From Candidatus Abzuiibacterium crystallinum (GTDB lineage Bacteria > Omnitrophota > Omnitrophia > Omnitrophales > Abzuiibacteriaceae), in contig PCVY01000023.1 of assembly GCA_002787155.1 (NCBI GenBank), forward strand, positions 6,828 through 70,827: a stretch of 64,000 nucleotides of DNA, given 5' to 3'. The notes below the pieces were generated by a model. That model searched no databases, had not been told where the DNA came from, and saw only the letters and a program-made list of their open reading frames with translations. Within the stretch, counting starts at the first letter, position 1. Every line of letters starts with the position of its first letter. This document shows, one piece after another, positions 49,801-61,800 of the stretch. The position numbers and the translations under genes were made by a program.

Positions 49801-52800
49801 GTGACTATTCAGGGCAAAGCAGCCGCGCGTTCCTTTAATCCCATGATGCTGTTTGGTGAGACTTCCGGAGGAAAGTCTACCTTGGTTGAAATTGCCGCCA
49901 GTATTTTCCGGACCCCCTTTACCCGTATTCAAATGAATCAACGAACCGATGAATACGATTTGTTGGGCAGTTACCATCCTGTTGAAGTGAAGTTGACATT
50001 TGAACAAGCCTATGAAGTCGTTCAATCGGTTATTCGCCAAAATCAAACACTGCGTACCGCACAAGTGCTGCGGGCTTTACACATCACGGATGATCACGTG
50101 AAATCGGTTTTGCGCATAAACCCTGATCAAACGATGCCCTTAGAGCAGCTTCAAAAGCGCTTTTTAGAAGAACATGTTTTGGCAAATGCACGGCAGGGAA
50201 ATCCCAAGAGCATTGAACAAATGAAAGATATCGGCGCACTCCTCTTGAACGGCGTTGCCGGCATTGAACTTATTTTCCGTGAAGGCATGCTGCTTCAGGC
50301 CATGGGCGACCGTGAAACCGGTCGACCGGGTCAAGTGGTTCTGTTGGATGAATTTAATTTAGCCAATGAAGAAGCAATCGGCATTCTTTATCAACTGCTA
50401 ACGCTGGGATATATCGAATTTCAAGGGCGGAAAATCTTTCCCGGTAAAGGGTTTCAATTAATTGTGAGCGGCAACCCTTCCCGCTACTCGGGCCGAAGGC
50501 GGATGAGTGAAGCTTTTATGAACCGCTTTGAGATCTTGAACCGTCCTTCAATGACCAAAGAGGAAATGGTTAAAATCTTGACGGAGAAATATGCTTTAGA
50601 AGCATCGGGGATTTCGAAATCCGGCATCGAAGCCCTGGTTGATTTGCAGTTCGACATCGAAGAAACGGCTCAGTCCATCGGTTTTGACTTTTTCAACCAA
50701 GATAACACGTACCGATTTAGTTTGCGGAACTTGGAACGTATTGTGCAGGATTTGAAAAAACGGATGGAAGTGGAGCCCGAACGTTCCGTGCAAGTCATGT
50801 TGCGCGAAGAGGCCTATTTAGAATATGCCGGTTTGCTTTCACAGTCCACCGATGAGGATGATCCGAAGAAGAATAATTTGAAAGTCTTAGCAGGTCTTTT
50901 TAAGAAACACTTCAATTGGGAGATCGATCCGGAAACGGTTTTACCCGAATTCAAGAAGCAGACGCTTGTTAAAGGAGAAGACGAATGGATTTCCTTAAAC
51001 GGGGTGCGTGTGAGAAAACTCTCACCGCATCAAATGTTAGAGAGTTTGCAGTTGGAATTAAATGAAGAAATCAGAAGCGGCGCCTTGGCAGATGATGATG
51101 GCGGAAAATTAGTGCTTTTAACAGAGGCGAATCTTGTGCGCATTTTAGCGCAGGTAGAAAAACGGCTCGCCAGTCATGATCCGCTTTCAAGAAAAGAAAT
51201 CATGCGCGAGGAAGCGCGCACGGAATATCTTAAGATGCTGGGGGAATCGCCTCGTTTGGTCAAGCGCTTAGACGAACTGATTAACCAGCATTTTTATACT
51301 CAAGCCGAGCGCATCGAGCCTTTGGTAGAACTCAAATCAACACGTTTGGTGCGCATGCAAATTTTAAAAGGCTTCCGTGACGGCGGCGTGATTCGTTCTC
51401 GTGATACGGAAGGACGGGAGGTTTTGAATCATCGTTCGCAGCCCGTGCTTTTAGTCGGACAATCGGGCGGCGGTAAAACCGAAGAAATTGCCGATGCGGC
51501 CAGGGAGCTCAACCGGCCTTATATTTCGGTGGCGTTGGGTGCGGCGACCATTGAATCGTTAATCGGCAGCTTTGTGCTGAATAGCGAAACGGGCACTTTT
51601 GAATTTCGAAAAGGGATTATGGTGCGCGCGATGGAAGAAGGGAGCGCGCTCACGCTCGAAGAGCTCAATATGGCGGAAAGCAGCATTATCGAAGTGCTGA
51701 ATGAATATTTTGATCGAGGAACGATGACGATTCAAGAGCGGAATGTTCCCATCCGCATTCATCCCAACTTCCGCTTGTTTGCGACAATGAATCCGACCGA
51801 AGGCAGAACCGGCAGAAATGCGGGACGTATCCCGCTGTCTCCTGCGCTGAGAAGCCGGTTTCGGGAAGTCTGGGTCCGCAATGAACGCAATAAGGGCGAA
51901 CAATACCGCCTCATGTTAGGCGGGATTCACGCGCTTGTTTCTTCTTTAATTACAAGAGGTCTGCCGGAAGATAGGCCGGATGAATTGGAAAACTTAGAGC
52001 TTGATTGGACACGCCGAAGATTGGCTGAGACCGCCGGGCAGCAGGTGCAATTCGCAAGCAGCGAGTCATTGTCCGCCGCATTAAAGGCGGGTCCGTCCAT
52101 TACACTGCCTCGCCATGACAGTTCAGCTATCCGCATGGCCAAAGCATCTGAAGACGGAACGCCCAAAGAAAAACCCACATCAAAGGAATGGGAGCGTATG
52201 GCTATCAATGAAAGAAAACGCATTTATGAAGAACAGTTTCGGATTGTGAGCCACGGCATCATGAACATCATGTCTTCCGATGAAGCCATCGAGTTAGGCC
52301 TATCAAGAGATGGAAGCCATCATTGGGCGTATGCACCTAGTATCAATACATTAATTTATAACAGCCGGGAAATCATGACTTTGAGCTTGGATGCGTTAAT
52401 CGGTGTCGGCGTTCATGAATCGATGCACCGTTACGGCACCCGGTATACGTCTCTTTTTGCAGACTTTTTAGATGCACAGAGTTTGGCGGGCAGTTTTTTT
52501 AATATTTTAGAAGACGGACGCATTGAAAATTGGGCACGTTATCGATTCCGGGGCGTGGAGCGGCCGCTGCGCACACTGAATGATGAAATTATTTTTGATT
52601 TTGAAGATGATAATGAAATGGTTGAGCGCATGATTAAAACTTCTAAAGATGGTAAAGACATAGGTCATGCCGGTGCCATCGGTAATTTCTTTCTTTATCT
52701 CGCAAAACGCGGATCAGATCCGGGCGCCGGCAAAGTCATCGAAAAGTTCTTAAAAGCGTTTGAAGAAAGAGATCCGGCTTTGAAAGAGGATATAGAAAAT

Positions 52801-55800
52801 CTCATGCAAGCCGGCTATTTTGGCGGTGCCAGAGACGAAGATATTATTGATGCGGCACGGCAGCGCAAAGCACAAGGCGTTTTTTCAGCTATTCCAGTCT
52901 CGCCTGATGATGTGGGTGTTTATCGTGTGGATCCCAATCCTTCGGAAGAAACAATTTTGCAATTGGCCATTCACCAAGGTATTTTGATTCGCGATTTTAT
53001 CATGCCCGTTGTTTACAAATGGGCGGTGCTCCAAGCCGAAGGCGAAGGAAGCGGGAAAAGCGGTTCGGGCGGCGCGCCGGGTAGAGGGAAAATCGTCATT
53101 CGGCCGGGCAAACCCGGCGAAGAAAGCACGCCTATTTCACCGCGTGAGTGGAAAAAAATTTGGGATTCATTATCTGAAAATGACAAAAAGAAAATTCTGG
53201 ATACGCTGGATGATCTCAAGAAAAAAGCCCAGGACCGCACAGCCAAAGATTCTATCGATCATAAGAACGCCGCCATCGATGCGGAAATTACCGAACCTAA
53301 GAGCGAGCGCGACCGCTTGATGAGCCAAATGGGCAAGATGATTCATGAGTTGGCAGGATATCTGAGAGATCTTATTCAAAATACGATTCGGCCCAAAGAA
53401 ATTACCGGCCTCAAAAAAGGCCGTATCGACGTCCGGCGTCTCATGAACGCCATGGCGCGCGGTTTTACCGACATGCGTTTTTACAAACAGCGCATCATCC
53501 CTGACAAAAAGGATATCAAATTTACCTTAATCATTGATGAAAGCGGCAGTATGGCAGGGATGGGTGAGTCCGGCAAAGGTCCTGAGGACAATGCGGCAGC
53601 CAAAGGTTACCGCACCTTAATGGGCGCCGCCCTATTAATGGAAGTCCTTGAAACTTTAGGCATTGATTTTGCAGTCCGTGGTTACGGGGATGACACTTTT
53701 CTGCATAAGCGATTTAAAGGACAGCGTATCGAACTATCCGATCAGCGCGCTCACTTTCCGCCGGTGCCGGATGGTTATGCCACACGCAAAGAAAAAGATA
53801 CTTTAATCGATGACTTATACGGTTCTATCGGTAACCATGGCGGCAACAACGAAGGGCCGGCGCTTCAAGCCGCGATTCGGGATATCTTAAAGGCAGGCGG
53901 TGAAAAACATTTTGTCATCGTGATTACCGATGCGATGGGTGACACCAAAGCCATACAAGAGATTTTAGACGAAGTCAGAGCTAAAAAAGGCATGATTGGT
54001 TCCACACAAACCGAGTTCATTGCCATTGGTTTGGGTAATGATACGGAATCGGTGCCGGAGGTCTACGGCAGCGAACACGGATTTTGGCTGCATGATGACG
54101 AAGTCCACAAACTGCCTTCCGAAATTAAAAAGCTGCTGCAAAACGTGATCCGCGGTGTTTATGCACCCGGCAGCGGAACCCCCAGCCGTTTTTCACAGTT
54201 CGGCAAACGGATGACTGATAGTGCTTCAATGGCGGGTGCGGCGGGTGTCGGTGCAAGTACTGCTTCTGCTTCGAGCGCAGCCCGCTCGCACTCAGAGCTG
54301 CGTGCAGATGATTTGGAGTCAAAGGTGCGGAAGATCATTATTCGCTTAGCGCGTTCCCAAGGCGATGGTTTATCTGCTGAACAAGAGCACACGGATATGC
54401 TCAGGCGGTTAGGGGTGCTGGCCAATCGAAGATCACCAGAGGAAGTTTTTGAAATTGTGATCGAAATGATGGCAGACGAGACAGTTGGTTTTAGTCGAAA
54501 AGAAAATGCGATTCGCCGCGCTATCATGGAAGCGTTTCTGAAAGAACTGACACCATCGGCTGTCCTAACCTCGAGCGCGATTAATGAGTTACAAGATTTA
54601 ATGCACACTTTAGCCAGGGAAGCCCACTCACCGGAGGCTCAAGCAGAAATTGACGTGATCAAGAGTCGCATCAAAGAGCTCAGGCTTAAACTGATCATGC
54701 GTCAAGAGGTCTTTACTTATGCCAAAATCACCCAACTTTTGTCTCTCGATCCCTCTGAGACGGTTGATTTATTTCTTGAATCTCTTTTAAGCGGCGATTA
54801 CAGCTCGGGAGTTGATCGTAAAAGAATGGCTAGTAATTTTGGAAATTTGATCTCAAACCTAAACGGCGAACTATTGTTGCAAACAACCGAGCAAATCATT
54901 GAAGCTATCCGGACAGATCCTCGAGCTCACATTGATCCTTATGAGAACCTTGAGAAATATGGGTCAAAGATAGCTTACGAACGACATTCGATTCTGTTGG
55001 AAGGTTTATTGGTGGCTGTGAAAAAGGTGGATCGTTCTATATTGCAGTCAATTGTTGATTGCATGGTTCAAGACTTGCAATATGAGAGGAGCAAGAAACT
55101 CAAGGCGGAAATTTTAGCTATTGCTTTGTTGCGTCAGGAAAATATTATTACTACCAATCCATCTCAAGAAGAAAAAAGTCTCATTAATGCATTAGTAAAC
55201 TTGCCGGGACGTTCCACTTTTCAAACCAGTGATCTAAAAGAAATAACGCTCATGTTGCAGCATGCCAAACCAAAACGAGGGCGCCTGTCAAGCCAAGCCA
55301 TTAAAGTCCTGAGGGAACAGATTAAGAATTTTGATGAGCAAATCAGAGCCCGGGCAACACGCGCACAAAATGAAAATGAACAGCGTTCTGAAGACAATTT
55401 GTTGCCTCCGGATACTGAATCTGAGCTTTGGTTAGAAAATCCTCGCGCGGAACTCCGTACCGAAAATGATGGCAGCAGACGTGTCGATCAATTGTTAAAA
55501 GAACTTCAATCGATTCAGGGATCAAGCGATGAAGCGAATCGCATCAGGCGCGACATTGGGCGGGCTTTAAAGAAGACGGTGGAAGAAAATGCAATCATTG
55601 ATCCCTCTCACGCTGCCCAAGTTCTCATCTCAACGCTTCATCAAATCAAAGGGTCAAACGCCGGGGCTTATAAAGCCAAAGAAGCCATCGGATGGGCGCT
55701 GGCCGAAGTAGCCAAAAAAATTGAAACAACGGAACTTCCCAAGATTTCTCAAGCTTTTATTTCGGTTCTTGAAGCAATAGAAGGATCGAGTGCTGCCGCC

Positions 55801-58800
55801 ACTAATTTGAGATTAAACGCTGCGTGGATGCTGGACGGAACCGCTCAAAGAATTGATTTAACCGAACTCCCTGCCATTTTCCAGGCGCTCATTTCAGCAC
55901 TTGGTCAATTAAGAGGGTCAGATGCCGGCACCAGGAATGGCAGAACAGATTTTGGCTTTGTGCTTACCGATATCGTGTTTCGTTACCATCAGCTTGCTCC
56001 TTATTTAGAAAGCAGTGAAAGTGAGTTACATTCAGCAATGAGAAACCTGATGACAATGCTTTCCTTTTCCGATGATGTTCCTCTTTTTCCTCGATATGGT
56101 GACTGGGACACTCTTCATCAAATTTTTGAGATGGGGGATTCAAAAAAAATTATTCAAAACTTAAAGAAATTCCGGGAACAAATTTTTGCACAGTATCAAA
56201 GGGAACAGAGATCAGGGGACAGGGAACAGGGGACGAGGGACAGGTTACAGGACACGGGAACAAATGAAACCCTTTGGACGGCGGGGGTTGCCGGCAGCGT
56301 GAGTGCGGGAGCTTTCGTTCCCGCTGCCCGCAGTGAGCTTAGGACCAAAAATTATTTTCGAACGGCAGTTGATAAATTATTAAGAAAACTTAGATCCATG
56401 AGAGTTCATAGATTATTAAGAGAACTCAAAGGATTAATTGGTAATACAACGTCTGATGCCCATTGGGCAAGATTGGACATTGCCGGCGCCCTCATAAGAA
56501 TATCAAAAAAAACTGATTCAACGGATCTTCCCGCTGTTACACAAGCCTTGTTTTTAGTACTCAGTACAACTGAAAGATCATCTTCTCTTGGTCTTGAAGA
56601 GGAAAGAAGGTTAGGTGTTTTTCGTGCATTAAGAGAAATATCAAAAAGAATTGATTCAGCAGAGCTTTCCGCTATCTTACATGCTTTGTTTTCAGTCTTA
56701 AGAGAAACTAAGGGATCATTTGTTTCTGCTGCTTATGAAAGAAGGGCCATTGCCAATATATTCATAGAAATATCACGAAGAATTGATCAAACAGAACTTC
56801 CTGCCATGATGCAAGGCCTGCTGAGCGTTCTTCTGGAAGTATTTGAAGATTCAGGTTCTGCGGACCATGATGCAATAGAGGCCGTTGCCGGCGTATTAAA
56901 CGAAATTTCAAAAAGAATTGATCAAGCCAATCTTCTCAATTTCACGCAAGCTCTGCTTTTAGCGCTAAGTGAAATTAAAGGATCAAATCAGGATGCCAGT
57001 ACGGCAAGAACAAAAATTGCCATCGTATTAAGGGAAATATCAAAAAGCATTGCTGACACGGAACTTCCTACCGTCACCCAAGCCCTGCTTAAAGCGCTAA
57101 ATGAGAGTGAAGGATTCGATACGTATGCCAGTGATGCAAGAGCGCAAATTGCCGTTGCATTAGAAGAAATATTAAAACGCATCGATGAAACAGAACTTCC
57201 CGCTGTCGCCCAAGCTCTGATTTCGATCTCGAACAAATTTAAAAGCTTAGGTTATAGCTTTTGGCCAAATTCGACCATTCAAGAGGCTCTTGCTGTTATT
57301 GTCTTTCGTCATCATCAAATGCCTGTTACAGATGAAACAAATGATTTATTGAGCGCTCTTCAAGATGTCTTTACACTTGAAATGAACGGTGTTTCCATCT
57401 ATCCCATAGAAAACCATCATCCGTTGAACAACCCAGACAACCCCATTCATCAAATCTTTAAACAACATGGTCAAGATCACGCACAAATCATGAGCCAACT
57501 CAATCGTTACAGGGAACAATTGAGCGCACAGCATCAAAGGGAACAGAGATCAGGGGACAGGGGACAGGGAACAGGGAACAGCTTGCCGGATCAGGATTCG
57601 CTTTGGGCAGCGGGAGTGGGTTTGGGTACTTTCTTGTTCACTGCTCGCAACGAACTTAGAAACGGATGGTTGGCTGAGCGGGGACACTATCTTGTTCACC
57701 GCTTTGTTCACATGGTTTATGGGATCCGGATTAAATTTAGAAAGAAAGATCATATTACCGAAAGAGTGCTTGCGCTCATTAACGAACTTAAATCATTAAA
57801 AGGATCTGGCCCGGATGTTGTTCAATCCATCACGGATCTTGCCACTTCATTAGTCGAGAATTTAAAGCACATCGATCAAAAGGATCTGCCTTATGTGCTA
57901 GATGTGCTTCTTTCAACTCTCAAACAAATCAAAGGCTCAGATGATCGAGCGACCGATGCGCGAGTGTGGATAACAACTGTATTGGGCACAATGGTGGATC
58001 GCCTTGATAAGAAGGAACGGACTAAACTGGTAAAAGAATTCCTTTCCATTTCTCGACAAATGAAAGGAACCATGGTGAACAACATTTTTGTTTGGACCAA
58101 TATCTTGCAAACGTTTGCGGCCATGTTGGCATATCTGGATGATCATGAGCGTCCCTTGATTATCGAAGAGTTGGTGACAGCTCTCAAGGACATAGAAGAT
58201 CCTACTGGGAATGCGGATCTGATTCGCAAAAATATCAGTGAAACTTTAAGTATTTTCTTCTTTCATCGCCATGGTTATCCTGATCTGGAAAATAAAGATC
58301 CGCTATTTGTTGCTTTAAAAAAGCTTTTTGGAGCAACACAAAACGCTGTTTCGCTCTTCCCGCGTTATGGTGATTTAACGGAAGTAGACAGGATTTTACA
58401 ACTTGAAGACCGTGAGAAAATTATTTCTCAACTTAACGCTTACAGGGAACAATTGATGGCACAGTATCAAAGGGATCAGAGATCAGGGAACAGGGATCAG
58501 GTGTCAGGGGATGGGGGGCAGGGATCAGGGAACAGGTCGCAAGATATGAACGATGATCTTTGGTTGGTCGGATTAGCCGGAGCGGCAGCTGTTCATCGGA
58601 CCGAATTAAGAGGCGTCGAGTCGCTTTTTAGGCAGTTGATTAATCTTGTTCGCTCAGCACTTGGCCGCAAGCAGCCGGCCGGCTCGTTAAAAACAAAACT
58701 TCATGCGCTGATCGGCATGCGGACCGAGGAGGCACATCAACAACGTGCATCACTTTTGGTGCAGCTTAAAAATGAAGTGTCTTATGCAAGCCTCAGTGAA

Positions 58801-61800
58801 CTGACAGTCATCATTTCTGTTCTCTTCGATTTAATAAAGGCATATGAAGATTCAAGCCAAAGCGAGCAGGCGCTGATCCGGTCGATTTTCAAAAAGGTGA
58901 TTAAACGTCTTGATCAAACAGAACTGCTCCATCTGAGCCAACGCTTGTTAGGTGTTTTCCAATCGATGGATAGTTCCGAATATTTGGCGCATCAAGCCCG
59001 AGAATCGTTGGTAAAAGCTTTTATTGCGGTCACGCAAAACATTGATTACTCAGCTTTTCCGCGCGTGATTGAAATCATGCTTAATTTTGCGCAATCACGT
59101 GAGCTGCAATATGATATCGGCGGCACACGTGGGGAGCCGGCAAGGTTAAGATTTGAGTTGGCACCCGCTCTCGCGGCTATGGTGAAGCGTGTTCCGCGAA
59201 ATAAGCGTCTTCAAACCATTCAATTTTTGCTTGATCATCTTCGTTTGATGGCTCAAACGTACGAAACCGTGAATATGGGTTCAGAGATCGTCCGGTATTC
59301 GTTGAATGAGATAACAGAGCAAATGGATTCCCGCGCGTTGCTTGATCTGACTCAATTATTATGGCGCACATTGGAATTACTGGAAGATTCAAGCAGGTCT
59401 GCCTTTGATGTGAAGTTTAGGATTCTTTATGTTTTGGATGATGTGATAGGGAAAGAGGCCGAAGTAAACTCTAGCCGTTTGACGGAAGACTGGCGTCACA
59501 GGATTGATCAATTGATATCGTATTTACGTCGGACACCTAATCACAAGAGAGATACATTTGATATCAGATGGATGGTCAGACGGATTTTAATGACCATTAC
59601 CTCAAAACTTGAGGGGCCTAGACTTAACGATGCTGTTGCCGGGCTTTTAGATCAACTGGAGTCTATCCATGACTCTGATGATGTCAGTAACGGCGCCAGG
59701 CAGGTGATAGCGGATGTTTTGGCTAAAGCCGTTCATGGTTATGATAAGGCGTTATTGTCTCGTGCGGCATCCGTGCTTTTTGAAACGTCAAAATTAATTG
59801 TCACGCAAAATCAAGAAGCCAATCAAGCAAAAGCCGCATATGGAAAAGTATTAGTGGAAATTGTTTTACGGCTGGATGAATCCGCATTGTCTGCCCTGGT
59901 AGCGCCTCTCGGGCAATTACTCGATTCCGTTATCCCTATACACAAAGATAGAGTGATTCAGTACGAGAGAGATTCGCTTGGCGCAGCTTTATCAATTGTT
60001 ATTTTGCGATTACACCAGATTAATTTTCATTATGTAAGAGATCCCAGCGCTTATCCAGATCCCAATGATTATATTGATTTTTTACAATATAACATCGCAA
60101 TGCTATTTAACCTCTATATCGAAGACCCTTCTTTTTCCGCGCAGACTAAATGGGATGCCATTGAGCAATTCACTCGAGATGTTATGGGTGACGATCAAGT
60201 GCTTCCGGAAGCAAAGCGCGAGGCCCTGATGGGAAAAATTGGCACATACCGTGAACAGTTGGATGCTGCTTACAAAAGGCATCAGTCCGAGGAAGGCGGC
60301 AGCCAAGACACCGGCCCTGAAGTCCAGGATGAACCGGGCGATTCGCTTTGGTTGGCACGTGCTTCTACCGGAAAGTCAGAACTCAGGGAGGATGCGCTAA
60401 GTCGGATGACAGAGAATCAGTTATTTGATGCATTAATATCCATATCATTTCATGACGACACAACCATTTTTCATCGTTATGCAGGTCCTTTGATATGGGA
60501 ATTGGCCGCAAGGGTAAGGCGTATTAAGAACCCGCTTAGTCAGGAGGTTTTGCTTCAGATGGTGCCAAAACTCCTGGAAGTTTACTTGAGGCATAAAGTT
60601 GTTGAGGAATGGCTTGATCAATTAAGGCAGGAAATCGATCATACACTCAGCGACATTGCCAAACGGTTAAAAAATCAAGAACGTACAGAAATGTTGAAGA
60701 TGATTTTGGATTTCTTGTATTCATTCCCAGGCGCCGGGGTTGAGCTGAATCGCGTCCGGGTAACTGCGGGAGACGTTTTGCGGGAAATCGCAAGAGGCAC
60801 TGATGCCGAAGAACTGCCTGATTTATTAAATTCGGTTTTATCCATTTATCAAGCAATCAAAGGATCAGACAGAGATGCCAATCAAGCCAGATGGAGAATG
60901 GGAAGTGCGTTAAAAGAAATCGCTAAACGTATTGATTCATCCCAATTACTTCCCTTGGTTACACCTCTTTTGGATTCTCTTTCACTGATGGCAGATCCAA
61001 GAGACCCGTCAAGCGCGTACGCAAATACGGCATACCGCACTGTTGCCAATATTTTAAGAACCATCGTGAAACGCATAGATCCCCATCAACTGCCTGAAAT
61101 AAAAGCGCCGCTTTTAGGTGCGCTGACGCATATACAAGGCGACACCGAAGCTGCGCGTTTTGCACGGGGTGATATTAGCAGATTGCTTGCGGAACATTAT
61201 TTACGCTCACATGGATTAGCCTTAAGCGGACGCGGGGGTAATTTACTCAAAGCTTTTGCGGATGTTTTTGCGGCCGCATCACCGGACGGAATATCGGTAT
61301 TTCCTCTCTATGGTGATCAAAAAGAAATTGATCGTCTTTTTCAAAGTGCCGCAGACAAAAATGGCCGCATAGCACCTCAAATGCGTCAGCAACTCATTTC
61401 ACAACTTCAAACTTACCAAGAACAATTAATCGCCGCGTATCAAAGGGATCAGAGATCAGGGAACAGGGATCAGGGGACAGGGAACAGGTCACAAGACACG
61501 GGAACAGATGAGACGCTTTGGGCGGCGGGGGTTGCCGGCAGCGTGAGTGCGGGAGCCATCGCGTCCGCGGCCCGCAGTGAACCATCGACTCGCAGCGAAC
61601 TGCGCTCAAAAGATTATTTCCATCAGGCAACAGAGAACTTGCTGCGCGAATTGGCCGCGCTTCAAGGGTCTAGCGATGATGTCAATCAACGCAGGAAATG
61701 GATGGCGGATGCGCTGGACGGAGAGGTTATTAAGAGAGTACAGTCTTCGATGCTTCCCGTGTTTTTATATCCGCTCCTCCGCCAGCTTGATGCGATTGAA

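Noticed and set aside
54159-54608. 149-aa minus-strand ORF
   Set aside because: Antisense to the VWA-proximal part of the giant ORF. Ser/Ala-rich low-complexity translation with no start context.
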